From: a virus
Lineage: Duplodnaviria; Caudoviricetes
Reading direction: 5' to 3' (one strand)
Length of the DNA: 64,000 nt
IMG/VR virus record: IMGVR_UViG_3300049988_000286
Location: 224,001 to 288,000 of that record
Of the stretch, positions 54,294 through 64,000 are shown in pieces. The stretch's first letter is position 1. Every line of letters begins with the position of its first letter. Both the position numbers and the translations under genes were made by a program. Under the pieces are notes generated by a model that ran no database searches, had not been told where the DNA came from, and was given only the letters and a program-made list of their open reading frames with translations.

Positions 54294-55448
54294 ATGAGTA
54301 AGCTCGCAAATCGCGTCAAAGTAGGCATCACCTCAACGGGCACGGGAACACTCTCGCTCGCCACTACCGCTGACACCGGATACCAGACATTCGCCGCCGC
54401 CGGTATCGTCGCCGGTGATATCGTCTCCTACGTCATCGAAGACGGCACCGCGTGGGAAGTCGGAACCGGCACCTATAGTTCCACCCCAACGCTGACCCGC
54501 ACCGTGATCAATAGCAGCAACGCCAACGCTGCTATCGCTGCCACCGCTACGGCCAAAGTCTTCATCACCCCCAACGTGGCGGACTTCGACAGCCCGGAGA
54601 TACGATCGAGCGTCGCCACTGCACCACAGGCTAACGCGGTCAAGCTTTATCGCAAGGACTTCGGCGGTCGGCAGATGATCGGTGTGGTCGATGCCTCCGG
54701 CCTCGACTGGACTGTGCAGCCCCACATCCATCGCAATCCTATCTCCCTCTGTGTGCCCGCCGGTGCGGCATCTACTACGTGGTCAACAGTAGGGATCGCT
54801 GCGCCCGTGACGGCAGGAAGCGCGACGGCGAGACTTCCCTCCGCCACGAACCTGTTCACTCGCGCTAGACGCATCGGCTACACTACTTCCACTACAGCAG
54901 GTACTCTCGCCTATCTGCTGTTCGGCTCACCAACTTGGACGATCGGCGACGGAGCGAACACGGGCGGGTTCCACCTTCATATGCGTTTTGGTCAAGCGGA
55001 CGGCACCGTGCAATCGGGGAGCCGTTTCTTTGCGGGTATCTCGTCCAATACTGCTACTCCAACTAACGTGGAACCCAATACGCTTACGCAGACGATTGGC
55101 ATTGCGAAACTCGCGTCCACTACCAACTATTACATCGTTTACGGGGGCTCAACAGCACAGACAGCAATAGACCTCGGATCGAGTTTTTCCGCCGCCACTA
55201 CCTCCGCCGACATGATCGACCTTCAAATCTACTCCTCTCCGATGGTGGCCAACACCGTCTACTATCGGGTGGAAAAAATAGGGACCACCTCAACCGTCGT
55301 GACGGGCACGTTGACAGCAGCCACCGCAGGGACGCAGCTACCCGGATCGTCAACGTTCCTTGTGCCCCGAATTTGGAAGACCAACAACGCTACTGCGGCG
55401 GTTGTTGGCTTCGATGTGATGGGCGTTTTGGTCGAAGCAGACAATTGA
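54294..55448 (+). CDS. tail fibre/spike-like structural protein
   Basis: T/A/S/G-rich; N-terminal NRVKV..TSTGTGTLSL...YVIEDGTAWEVGTGTY head-binding-type domain; TAAATA upstream. Confidence 0.75.
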   Translation: MSKLANRVKVGITSTGTGTLSLATTADTGYQTFAAAGIVAGDIVSYVIEDGTAWEVGTGTYSSTPTLTRTVINSSNANAAIAATATAKVFITPNVADFDSPEIRSSVATAPQANAVKLYRKDFGGRQMIGVVDASGLDWTVQPHIHRNPISLCVPAGAASTTWSTVGIAAPVTAGSATARLPSATNLFTRARRIGYTTSTTAGTLAYLLFGSPTWTIGDGANTGGFHLHMRFGQADGTVQSGSRFFAGISSNTATPTNVEPNTLTQTIGIAKLASTTNYYIVYGGSTAQTAIDLGSSFSAATTSADMIDLQIYSSPMVANTVYYRVEKIGTTSTVVTGTLTAATAGTQLPGSSTFLVPRIWKTNNATAAVVGFDVMGVLVEADN

Positions 55449-55455
55449 TCCTTAG

Positions 55456-58400
55456 ATGGTCGGCTTCAATCCTCTTGGTGGATCGCCGCTAGCTGATCCA
55501 CCCAGTATCGCGGCACCGGTAGTCACGCCGGTGTCGTGCCTTGCCGCGACCGCTCCCGCCGACAGTTTCACGATGAGCACTGCCCCGGTTCTGCGCGGGA
55601 TTGCCGCCGCAGCCAAATCGTTTTTCAACCGAGTGGGCAAACTCATCCCGCAGTCCTCGGCTGTCGTTGCGACAGCGTTCGATCGCAACAACCGCTCGAT
55701 CACGGCAACCACCGCCCCGGCTGACAGCATGAACCTGCGGACCAGCCGCACTGTGGTGACGCCGGTTAGCGCATCGACGCTCCTCGCGTCGGCGAAATCC
55801 TTCTCGATCAAAACGCAAAATGCCGCCTCGGTGCTCGTCGCTGCCACACGCGCAAACCTGCGTTCCATTCGCACCAGCATCTCTTCGTTGACGCAAGTCT
55901 CTTCGCCAACCACTCGTTCCCGTTCACTACCCACCAGCGCGACACCGAGTGCGACGCTCATCCCATCGAACCGCTTGAACCGCGCCCTTCTCGTTTCCAC
56001 GACAGCGGCTCGATCACTCTCGTTGGCGATCATGTCGCGGATAATGACGAGCAGCGCTCCGCTTGGAAGAGCCAGCGACACGACCTCGCGAACCATCCCG
56101 GTGCTCGTCGGCGCGCAAGCCACCAATCGTTTCCTGTCGGTCCGTCGCCTCAACGCCTTGGTGGGAAACATCGCCGTGTTGGTGAGCAGCGCGCGCAAGA
56201 CGATCAACACGTCGGTTTCCAGCATAGCGATTGATTTGGGGAGCGTCCGTAAGTCAATCGTTACTATGGTCACGCTTGTTCCTACCAGCATGGACACTAT
56301 CCGCAAGTCGATCATCGCCACGGGGATGAGCGTGGCTTCCGATATCATCAATGTGCGCAAGACGATCAACACAGCAGTAGTCGCGTTTGCATCCGAGTTC
56401 ACGCGCAACCTTCGCACGTTATTGGTCCCATCCACCCCGATGGCGGTGATGTTCACGCGTCAGCAATTACTCCGCAGTGTGTTCGTGACAACGACCCCCA
56501 CGAGGACTTGGTTGAACCGGACGAACAAGGGCGCGCAAGCAGCGGTGTCGTTGGATGAGCCACCGATGGTCATTCTCGGCATCCCCATGGGGGGCAGCAA
56601 GGGCGCGACCATGACCATGCGCTACATGAAGGGCTTGCAGATCGTCGCCACCGCGACATCGACGATCATCGAGCGTTTCAGTCTTGTTCGTGCCCTCAAT
56701 GCGGCGAGCACACCTCTGACCCGCAGCATGGACGTTCTGGCACGAAGCATTACTGTCGAGGTCGCGGCGGCGGCGAGGAACATCGCGAGGGTGCCGCGAA
56801 CCATCGTTGCAACGACCCAGCCACGCATGATTTGGTTCGCCACCATCGCGACGACCCTGCGCGCCACTGTCTCTCCGGTGCCCCGCCAGACCATCTCTGA
56901 TCGCGCCACGATGCTGGCGCGCGCCCAGACCATCTCGACTTCGAGCACGATCGCACAGCGCTTCCGCACCTTGCTGGCATTGGCACAACCCCTCGCCCGT
57001 GTTCGCACGGTCGCTGGGGTGTCGTTCAAGACAGCGGTGATGAGTGCCGCGAGCGTGACGGGATTGTCGCGTCGATTTGTTTCGATCACATCTACGACCA
57101 CGGCTGCCCCGGTGCTGAAAACAATCGCTGCGCGCTTCGTAGCGCTGATGGCGATGGTCACTGGTTCATCATCGCAGACACGATCGAACATGCGGTATCT
57201 CGCGGCTATGTCGGGCTCGGTGAGTTCCGCCACGCGGGCGATCGTGGACAGCATCACCCAAACCGTTGGCGTGAGCGCGGCGATGAGCCGATCGATCACC
57301 GACCGCATCATCGCTGCGACCGTGCCCCTAGCAATATCTCGTGCCACCACTGTCGTGCAGGAAAGTGCCACCGCGAGCGTGATCAACCGCGTTGATGTTC
57401 TACCCGGCCATGCCTTCTACACTTCCGTGTTGTCCTCTGCTGTGCAGATGAGCCGCGTTGGTAAATTGATTCGGGGCGATGCCTTGGGGGCGGGCACGAT
57501 ACTCCGCTCGATTACAGCAAGAATGATCGCGGTCGCGCCCGGTAGTGCGCGTGTCGTTGTGGAACTCGCCCGTGCGCTGCGCGCTGTCACCACCACGATC
57601 GCAACGATGTCGCGGCGAGTCCCCATGTCGTTTGGTGTTGCGGCCCCGGTATGGGTGATGACGCGCGTCAATGCCGTCGTTGCCCTTGCCGCAACGGTGC
57701 GTCCGCTACCCCTCACAGTGCGCTCGATCATCGAACGATACACCGCCACGGTGGGCACCATCACCGCCACCACGATGCGCACCACCGCCAAACGCGCCGC
57801 CGTTGTGGGCACCAGCACGCGCAACACGGTCCGGACCACGGCTGTTCGCCGCGTCGCGACGACGGCGCTTTCGAGGATGAGGTTCAACGTTCGACCCATC
57901 CTCCGGGGTGCAGTTGCAGCATCGAGCACACTCTTGCGCGCCGTCGCCGCAAGGGTCATCGCCGCCTCTGTGGCAAATGCCCGCCTCGCTTCCATGATCG
58001 CCCTGACGGCTCGACAGAACGCCGCGCTCGCCGCTTCTTTGGCCATCACATCGCTGCGATCGTTGATGGCCAGCACCTCAACGGTCACGAGCCGTAGTGA
58101 AATGGATGGCCACGATATCCGGGCCAGCGCGCCTGTGGTGGCCTCATCGACGCGCCTCCGCGCCTCGTCGATACTGGCGAGTGTCTCGCCGCTAGTGAGC
58201 CGCACGATCCAGACCATGAACCGCATCAGCACCATGATGCTCCCGATCGCCGATGCGATCAGGTCCACCGCGCGAACGACCCTCGCCGACACCATCTCCG
58301 TCCCGGTATCTCGGATAGTGCGCGACCTCACTACGGCTACCGTGGTGCGTGGCAATGCTGCGACGCGAGCGGCTTCCGATCTCGTTATAGCGGTTCGGGC

Positions 58401-58926
58401 GACGCTCGCCTCCATGGTGGCCCGCTCCAATGCCGTTTTGGTGTCGCGTGAGGTCGAGACTACAGCGATTGGACAAAGCCGCGTCGCGGTGTCGAAACAA
58501 AGCCGGGTTGAGAATGAGTCACGCCTGACCGGAGGGCATCGCAGTATCGCGGAGATGTTCGCACAAAGCACGGGAGCGGGTAAATTCTCTTCCCGGTTCG
58601 CGATCATGGCACGCGCGCGCGCCGCGCTCGAAGCAGCGATCGATCTCTTACCAGCGTTCCGGCCCCGCGCCCATGGTGGTGGGTTCCCCCGCCCGGCGGT
58701 TGATTGGTCGAGGGCCAAACCAAAACGCTCAACGCCCACGCCGGAGATCACCATATCGATCCGTCTCAACGGTCGCGCCGATGTCAAGCGTTATCCGATC
58801 AACGACGCTGTGATCAAGATCGGGATAAATATCCGTAAGACTGTTGCGGGCATTCTGGTGAAGATCACTCGATTGTTTAAGCAAGAAACCAAAGCCACCG
58901 TGAGGATTAGAGATGATCGAGATTAA
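55456..58926 (+). CDS. 1156-aa low-complexity, degenerate-repeat structural protein
   Basis: A/T/S/V/R-rich with recurring short beta-like repeats; starts MVGFNPLGGSPLA. Confidence 0.7.
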   Translation: MVGFNPLGGSPLADPPSIAAPVVTPVSCLAATAPADSFTMSTAPVLRGIAAAAKSFFNRVGKLIPQSSAVVATAFDRNNRSITATTAPADSMNLRTSRTVVTPVSASTLLASAKSFSIKTQNAASVLVAATRANLRSIRTSISSLTQVSSPTTRSRSLPTSATPSATLIPSNRLNRALLVSTTAARSLSLAIMSRIMTSSAPLGRASDTTSRTIPVLVGAQATNRFLSVRRLNALVGNIAVLVSSARKTINTSVSSIAIDLGSVRKSIVTMVTLVPTSMDTIRKSIIATGMSVASDIINVRKTINTAVVAFASEFTRNLRTLLVPSTPMAVMFTRQQLLRSVFVTTTPTRTWLNRTNKGAQAAVSLDEPPMVILGIPMGGSKGATMTMRYMKGLQIVATATSTIIERFSLVRALNAASTPLTRSMDVLARSITVEVAAAARNIARVPRTIVATTQPRMIWFATIATTLRATVSPVPRQTISDRATMLARAQTISTSSTIAQRFRTLLALAQPLARVRTVAGVSFKTAVMSAASVTGLSRRFVSITSTTTAAPVLKTIAARFVALMAMVTGSSSQTRSNMRYLAAMSGSVSSATRAIVDSITQTVGVSAAMSRSITDRIIAATVPLAISRATTVVQESATASVINRVDVLPGHAFYTSVLSSAVQMSRVGKLIRGDALGAGTILRSITARMIAVAPGSARVVVELARALRAVTTTIATMSRRVPMSFGVAAPVWVMTRVNAVVALAATVRPLPLTVRSIIERYTATVGTITATTMRTTAKRAAVVGTSTRNTVRTTAVRRVATTALSRMRFNVRPILRGAVAASSTLLRAVAARVIAASVANARLASMIALTARQNAALAASLAITSLRSLMASTSTVTSRSEMDGHDIRASAPVVASSTRLRASSILASVSPLVSRTIQTMNRISTMMLPIADAIRSTARTTLADTISVPVSRIVRDLTTATVVRGNAATRAASDLVIAVRATLASMVARSNAVLVSREVETTAIGQSRVAVSKQSRVENESRLTGGHRSIAEMFAQSTGAGKFSSRFAIMARARAALEAAIDLLPAFRPRAHGGGFPRPAVDWSRAKPKRSTPTPEITISIRLNGRADVKRYPINDAVIKIGINIRKTVAGILVKITRLFKQETKATVRIRDDRD

Positions 58927-59608
58927 GCTTGAAGAGAGCACGAACCTGACACTGGAGATGAATGTCGAGGGCGCGCGCGATTCCAAGCCGGAACTTCGTT
59001 TCAGCGTCATGGTGGAAGGGTTGCGTATGAGCTTCCCCGGCACCCTCAAGGAGAAGGGTGTTTACGAGATCACCTTCCCGAAGCTGCTCGGTCGCATCAC
59101 CGAGGGGAAATACGAGGCGGAAGTCGAAGTGATCGTTGATGGCAAGCACTTCACGCCCCTGACTGAAACGGTCGAGTTCACCAAGGAGGTGAAGCCCACT
59201 GTGTCCTTGAAGGAGACGATGCGGCAGATCGAATCAACGGTGAAGATCACGCGGCCCGTCGTGACCAAGATCGTCGAGGCGAAGCGCGTCGATGATGTTC
59301 GCGGCCTCTTGGTTGCTTTACGCGAGGGCGGAGAAATCGACACCAGCTTCGCGATCCGTTGCGTCGAGGGTCTGGCGAGCGGCCAAGGCTTCACCGATCA
59401 GGGACTGCGCATCGCGCCTTCCCGCACCCTATCGGAGGCGGAGGCAGTTGTTGCCTTGCGTCTCATCCGCGAACATGGATCGGACATCGAGGGCGCGTTC
59501 GAATGCGCGACGCTGCGTGATCTCTCCACTGCGGTTCGTGCAGAACTTCGCGAGACGCTCGTTGATAAGGGTGCGTCGAAGAAAGTGCTCCTCCATCACG
59601 GTCTTTGA
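58913..59608 (+). CDS. conserved late hypothetical protein
   Basis: YEAEVEVIVDGKHFTP; internal TAAATA ~85 nt upstream. Confidence 0.75.
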   Translation: MIEIKLEESTNLTLEMNVEGARDSKPELRFSVMVEGLRMSFPGTLKEKGVYEITFPKLLGRITEGKYEAEVEVIVDGKHFTPLTETVEFTKEVKPTVSLKETMRQIESTVKITRPVVTKIVEAKRVDDVRGLLVALREGGEIDTSFAIRCVEGLASGQGFTDQGLRIAPSRTLSEAEAVVALRLIREHGSDIEGAFECATLRDLSTAVRAELRETLVDKGASKKVLLHHGL

Positions 59609-59655
59609 TTGACTTAAACTCGAACTGTGGTATCTCGGGGCATAGGAGCCCAGAG

Positions 59656-60081
59656 ATGACCGATCAGAACACCGCCTTCATCGACGACCAGACGAAGGCC
59701 GATCATCTCGCCGCCATTCGCGGTGAGTTGCTTCGTCTACTCGACGGAGGCACGTTCAACGAGGCATTCTTCCAGAAGCTGTTCGGCCCGTCGCGCGACG
59801 AGATGTATCGTCTCCAGCGCGAACGCGACGGTGAACTCGGTCTTCTGCGCGCAGAGGTTACGATCGCCACCGCACCGGCGAGCACGGGCGACGTTCGCGC
59901 GCTGCGCGAATTGCGCAAGGCCGAGCGTCGCGTGAAGAAGTTCGAGGGCGTGTTGCGGGCGCGTAAGTCACTCCGCGCTATCGATCCCATCAATGCGGAG
60001 TGGCAGAGGAGCGTCGCTTACATATCTTCGGCCCGCGAGGCGGCAGTCCATATCCAGCGTATCCACCACGCGCTGAAATGA
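59656..60081 (+). CDS. helical hypothetical protein
   Basis: TTGACT promoter at ~59607; AGGAG SD. Confidence 0.7.
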   Translation: MTDQNTAFIDDQTKADHLAAIRGELLRLLDGGTFNEAFFQKLFGPSRDEMYRLQRERDGELGLLRAEVTIATAPASTGDVRALRELRKAERRVKKFEGVLRARKSLRAIDPINAEWQRSVAYISSAREAAVHIQRIHHALK

Positions 60082-60299
60082 CGATCACGGACGAATTCGA
60101 GGAAGATGGCCATCATTACTGCTATCTTCCTCGAATTGACGAGGCGGATTGTGACGCTCTGATCGCTTTCTGCAACCGGTCCTACGCGCCCGGTTCATGG
60201 GGTTTTCAGTTTGACCCCTGCACCCATTTGTCACACGCTATTCAGTTGTGGTTCCTCGACGCCAATGATATGATGTTGTTGAAGCTATGGCTGGCATGA
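60078..60299 (+). CDS. family B small protein
   Basis: LWFLDANDMMLLKLWLA. Confidence 0.75.
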   Translation: MTITDEFEEDGHHYCYLPRIDEADCDALIAFCNRSYAPGSWGFQFDPCTHLSHAIQLWFLDANDMMLLKLWLA

Positions 60300-60532
60300 A
60301 GATCACACAGGACTGGACCAAGCGCGACATCGGAGATACCTTCGTGTCACGCGAGATCACAGTCAAGACGCCGAGTGAGTGGCGTGAGGAGATGCGGTGC
60401 CGCAGCGGCATCGAGCGATGGTTGTTAGACAATGCATCGTCACTCTATCTCACTACCGTGGGGATCAGCCGCTTCACCGTGATCTTCTACGAGGACGACG
60501 ACGCCACGCTATATCGGTTGTGGCTCGCGTGA
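60296..60532 (+). CDS. family B small protein
   Basis: IFYEDDDATLYRLWLA. Confidence 0.75.
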   Translation: MKITQDWTKRDIGDTFVSREITVKTPSEWREEMRCRSGIERWLLDNASSLYLTTVGISRFTVIFYEDDDATLYRLWLA

Positions 60533-60744
60533 TCCACCGCGACGAAACCGAGTGTAACCCGGATGGCTCGTTCGGGGTCAGGAAGGTGTGGTTGCTCAAT
60601 TCAGAGAATGACAATGATGCGATAGCGCGCTGGTGCGAGGAGAGTCTCACCGGCGATTGGCGGCACGTGCCTCGACCCATGATCGATTATTTTTGCTTCA
60701 ACTCGGATGAGGATGCTACCTTGTTCGTGTTGAGGTGGTCATGA
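60529..60744 (+). CDS. family B small protein
   Basis: RWCEE...FCFNSDEDATLFVLRWS. Confidence 0.75.
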   Translation: MIHRDETECNPDGSFGVRKVWLLNSENDNDAIARWCEESLTGDWRHVPRPMIDYFCFNSDEDATLFVLRWS

Positions 60745-60989
60745 TCGTATCGAAGTATTTGTCTCCTTGGATCAAGTTCCGAGCATGGATGGGGCAGCGT
60801 CGCCTCGCTGCTTATCAGCACCACTGCTGTCCCGACTGTGGATGCGAGATCAAGCGGTGCGCCGCTATCCCCGGCTGTCGGACGGAGCGTAGTTGCACGG
60901 TTTGTCATCATCGCTGGAAGTCCTGTTACTATTCTACACTCGATCACGGCCAAACCATTTTACTTGCGCGGATCATTGAGCGCTGCTAA
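60741..60989 (+). CDS. small Zn-binding protein
   Basis: CPDC...CTVC. Confidence 0.55.
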   Translation: MIVSKYLSPWIKFRAWMGQRRLAAYQHHCCPDCGCEIKRCAAIPGCRTERSCTVCHHRWKSCYYSTLDHGQTILLARIIERC

Positions 60990-60998
60990 CCACCAGCG

Positions 60999-61295
60999 AT
61001 GAGCATCGCGGAGCAGCTTGAGGAAGAAGCGCGAGCACGCGTGGTCGCGCATGTCGCCGGTCCCATGAGCCTGAAACCGCCCATGATCTGCTGGATCGAT
61101 GGTGAACTCTGGTGGCGCGTAGAGGCAGATCATGCTGGAATGCTTCGGCACGCTCGGAAGAGCTTCGTCGTCGGTCACATGCGCCCATGGGCGCGCGACA
61201 ACGCAGTGGAGCATTACGCCCATTACGGTATCGGATCGATGATCTTCCGATCCCACGACGACGCCATGCTGTGCTATCTGGCGGTCGCGCCTTGA
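60999..61295 (+). CDS. family B small protein
   Basis: MIFRSHDDAMLCYL. Confidence 0.7.
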   Translation: MSIAEQLEEEARARVVAHVAGPMSLKPPMICWIDGELWWRVEADHAGMLRHARKSFVVGHMRPWARDNAVEHYAHYGIGSMIFRSHDDAMLCYLAVAP

Positions 61296-61325
61296 CGAAC
61301 CGTCACGAGCGCGTCACAAACCCGT

Positions 61326-61712
61326 ATGCGCTCAAACAAAGTCTTCGTGTTCATCGCCACGCAGAGCGGTGAAGTGAGTTTCACCAAGTCGCTGATGTGC
61401 TGCGATGAGGCCCAACGCCTTTATGACAGCATGGATGTCGGTGGTGCCATCGCCGCTGTGGAATTGGCGCGTGATGGTCTCACGATCGCGCGTAAGTCGT
61501 CGGCGCGCCCGGTAGTGGAGGATGAGCCGGAAGAACCCGAGGTGTTCGAGCCCGAGCCTTTGGTGCTCGTCATACCGCCCGAGGTCACGGCGGAGATTGT
61601 GGCCAGACTACCGCCACCGAAAGCGTGCCGTAGCTGTGAACGGCAGATGACCCGCGCTGACCTTGATCAGCACGGGCGTCTCTGTATCGATTGTGCGGCG
61701 GTCTACGCCTGA
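61326..61712 (+). CDS. Zn-finger hypothetical protein
   Basis: CRSC...CIDC. Confidence 0.7.
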   Translation: MRSNKVFVFIATQSGEVSFTKSLMCCDEAQRLYDSMDVGGAIAAVELARDGLTIARKSSARPVVEDEPEEPEVFEPEPLVLVIPPEVTAEIVARLPPPKACRSCERQMTRADLDQHGRLCIDCAAVYA

Positions 61713-61713
61713 A

Positions 61714-61962
61714 TCATTTCGGCCGCTTTCGGATGAGCATGATCGAAATATCGACCAGCGCCCACAGGCCGATACCGATCGCCCCGATGATCATAAAGCC
61801 GACGATGACCGCGATGCCGAGCCACAGCGGCGACAGCACCCAGAGCCACGACCAGTCGATGACGTGAGCAAGCTTGAGTCCGATGAACAGGATGGTGAGC
61901 GCACCGAGGAAGGTGATGCCGCCACTGCGTTGAGCGGGGGTGGTGGATTTCTTGGTAGCCAT
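61714..61962 (-). CDS. small membrane protein
   Basis: LTILFIGLKLAHVIDWSWLWVLSPLW, a conserved phage TM family. Confidence 0.8.
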   Translation of the reverse strand: MATKKSTTPAQRSGGITFLGALTILFIGLKLAHVIDWSWLWVLSPLWLGIAVIVGFMIIGAIGIGLWALVDISIMLIRKRPK

Positions 61963-61986
61963 GTCTGATCTCCCAGAGAGTTGATA

Positions 61987-62613
61987 TCAGGCGGTCATCG
62001 CGTCGCGGAACGCGTACTCGCTGACGTAGGTGTTGGGCCTGATGAACTCCGCGAGCCCCGTCCGCTGGAGGGCGTAGACGCGCATGTCGGCGAAGTCGAT
62101 GTTCGGCCGGAATGCGGTGTAGATGTCCCTGCTGACCGCTACGACGATATTCTTCCGCAGCGCCTCCGCGACGAGTTCCTTCTTGTCCTCCAACTCGGCA
62201 GGGTTTCCGAGTTGGCGCAGATCATCGTTGAACTTCTGATTGACCTCCGTGAAGCGTGCCGTCTGCACTCCCTCGTCGTACTTCGACATGATGAAGTCGA
62301 AAATCTCCTTCGAGCGCGCGACGAGGGTCTGCTCCGTGACGAGATCGGCATCGTCCTCGCTCACGGCGGTGATGTCTTGGATCGAAACAGTTAGCGTCTT
62401 CGCGCCGCCGGTGAAGCCCTTCTCGTTCTTGGTGCAGACAACGGTTACCTTATCGCCATAGACCTTCTCGATGATAGTGATACCGCTGATGGTCACCGTG
62501 TTGGCGAGCAGAAGGCTGACCGTGCGGCCGGGATAATCGTTGAGATAAGCCTCCGCGCCGTTAATTGCGTTGCGGATGGTCTTCTCGCGATCGGCAGTCC
62601 GGAACTTGTCCAT
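61987..62613 (-). CDS. hypothetical protein
   Basis: Strong GC3 bias; TTGACA promoter at ~62670; GGAG SD. Confidence 0.8.
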   Translation of the reverse strand: MDKFRTADREKTIRNAINGAEAYLNDYPGRTVSLLLANTVTISGITIIEKVYGDKVTVVCTKNEKGFTGGAKTLTVSIQDITAVSEDDADLVTEQTLVARSKEIFDFIMSKYDEGVQTARFTEVNQKFNDDLRQLGNPAELEDKKELVAEALRKNIVVAVSRDIYTAFRPNIDFADMRVYALQRTGLAEFIRPNTYVSEYAFRDAMTA

Positions 62614-62717
62614 GGTTGATCTCCGTTGGGTGTCTCTGATGACCCTGCTATAAACGATTATAGCGAACTGTCAACAGGAATATCGCTGAAGGTAATTCAG
62701 CGCGGTAGACTACGGGA

Positions 62718-63464
62718 ATGATAACTTCCGGCCTCCATCACGGCGACTGCATCGCGTTGATGAAACAAATTCCAGACCAGTCGATTGACCTGATTCTTGC
62801 CGATCTCCCCTACGCTACCACGTATGCGGAGTGGGATCGTCTCATCCCCATGGAGGCGCTGTGGGGCGAATATCTGCGCATCGCAAAGCCCGACACCGCG
62901 ATCGTCCTCACCGCAAATCAGCCCTTCACCTCCATGCTGGTGATGAGCCAGCCCAAGCTGTTCCGCTGCGAATGGGTGTGGGACAAGACGAATGCGAGCA
63001 ATTTCGCCAATGCGAAGAAGCAGCCGTTGAAGCAGCACGAGACGGTGTTGGTCTTCTCGAAGAAGCCAACGCGGTACTTTCCCCAGATGGTGCAGGGAAA
63101 GCCCAACCACAAACAGGGCGCAAGCAGGAGCAATCGCTCGGACACTAGGTTGATCTCGGGTAGGAGCCCTGATGATCTTTCCGGTCTCAAGTACCCAAAG
63201 ACGATCTTGAACTTCCCCAAGCATTCTAGCCAAGTCGGTCTTCATCCCACCCAGAAGCCCGTGGCACTATTCGAGTACCTGATCCGGACCTATAGCGCGG
63301 AGGGCGACCTTGTGCTCGATAATTGCATCGGAAGTGGCACCACCGCCATCGCGGCCATCAACACGCGACGACGGTGGATCGGGATGGAGCAAGATCGAGC
63401 CTACCACGAGGTGGCGGAACGCCGCATCGCCGAACATCAGCGCGACGATGGGATCACCGTTTAG
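62718..63464 (+). CDS. DNA adenine/N4-cytosine methyltransferase (beta class), orphan
   Basis: LHHGDC, DLPY catalytic motif, HPTQKP, VLDNCIGSGTT AdoMet motif. Confidence 0.92.
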   Translation: MITSGLHHGDCIALMKQIPDQSIDLILADLPYATTYAEWDRLIPMEALWGEYLRIAKPDTAIVLTANQPFTSMLVMSQPKLFRCEWVWDKTNASNFANAKKQPLKQHETVLVFSKKPTRYFPQMVQGKPNHKQGASRSNRSDTRLISGRSPDDLSGLKYPKTILNFPKHSSQVGLHPTQKPVALFEYLIRTYSAEGDLVLDNCIGSGTTAIAAINTRRRWIGMEQDRAYHEVAERRIAEHQRDDGITV

Positions 63465-63736
63465 CGACGGAGTGCGGCACCAAGGTCGGACATCGAGATC
63501 AACGTCGCTCCTTCGTTGATACGGTGAGCCACGACGGCGGCGAGGTAATCGCTGGCGATGGTATCCCATCGGGGATCACGTGCCGATGCCGACAAGGTGA
63601 TCATGCCTTCGAACTCATTCTCCACCACGAAACACTCGATCGGATGATCCCGTGTGCTCCTACTCGTGTAGCGGTGAACTTCACGCCGCCGGGGCTTTGG
63701 TAGCAGGGTGCCATCGGCGAGTTTGAAGTCACTCAC
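63461..63736 (-). CDS. hypothetical protein
   Basis: GTG start overlapping the upstream TGA. Confidence 0.55.
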   Translation of the reverse strand: MSDFKLADGTLLPKPRRREVHRYTSRSTRDHPIECFVVENEFEGMITLSASARDPRWDTIASDYLAAVVAHRINEGATLISMSDLGAALRR

Positions 63737-64000
63737 GCGCCCGCTCCCTGAAGCTTCGCGAGCCGCTCCTGCGCTACCGCGAGGTGCTGCGCTGCCTCCG
63801 CCTTGCTCTCGTCGGCGTTTTTGATCCTCGCCTCTTCCCGCGCGATCTCTCGCTTGGTATCGGCGATCTCGGTGGTGAGGGCGGCACGCTCGACCTCCTC
63901 GCGCCACTCATCGCCCCATAGCCAGCGATCCTCGAAGTAGAGGTGCATCGAGCGCTTCGCGTAGTGATCTTCGTAGCGATCGTCGTAACGATCCTCGTCA
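63733..64000 (-). CDS. hypothetical protein (runs off window end)
   Basis: Frame stays open to the window edge; C-terminal coiled coil. Confidence 0.6.
   Translation of the reverse strand, partial: DEDRYDDRYEDHYAKRSMHLYFEDRWLWGDEWREEVERAALTTEIADTKREIAREEARIKNADESKAEAAQHLAVAQERLAKLQGAGA

Noticed and set aside
55452-58787. Long antisense ORFs (334, 254 and 456 aa) opposite the 1156-aa gene
   Set aside because: Expected from high GC and low-complexity codons; no SD or promoter support.
1-64000. CRISPR array, retron/DGR reverse transcriptase, integrase or transposase
   Set aside because: No regularly spaced direct repeats, no YxDD RT motif, and no recombinase motifs were seen.
1-64000. Stop-codon reassignment
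   Set aside because: Conserved genes are intact under the standard code, with TAA, TAG and TGA all used as stops and no suppressor tRNA; the only internal stop (9969-9971) is explained by the intron.

Overview
This is a 64-kb segment of a large, GC-rich lytic dsDNA phage (T4-superfamily/jumbo-myovirus-like). The host is probably an alphaproteobacterium, inferred from the GC content, the host-like ClpA, GapR-like and OmpR-type domains, and the many apparently leaderless genes. The window carries a T4-like replisome (RNase H/5' nuclease, sliding clamp, family B polymerase, ATP-dependent ligase). The polymerase is split into two genes 3.3 kb apart, and its C-terminal half is interrupted by a 250-nt ORF-less group I intron. 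Also present are ClpA and DnaJ, two MazG-type pyrophosphatases, a nucleotidyltransferase, an HhH glycosylase, a ParB-like protein, a DNA methyltransferase, a lysis set (T4 gp t-like holin, i- and o-spanins), three tRNA-Lys genes, tail-like structural genes and several candidate structured ncRNAs. Standout observations: (1) a tandem array of about 12 divergent small paralogues that all end in a fixed-length C-terminal G-[DE]-[DE]-H-x-L-x-L-A-x-L-L motif; (2) a set of late (TAAATA-driven) enzymes, two ADP-ribosyltransferase-like, one GNAT and a 918-aa protein, with T4 capsid-targeting-like N-termini; (3) a ~550-nt ORF-free structured RNA candidate; (4) the Lys-only tRNA cluster with altered anticodon loops. 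All calls come from reading motifs by eye. No database search or folding program was run, and start codons were adjusted manually.
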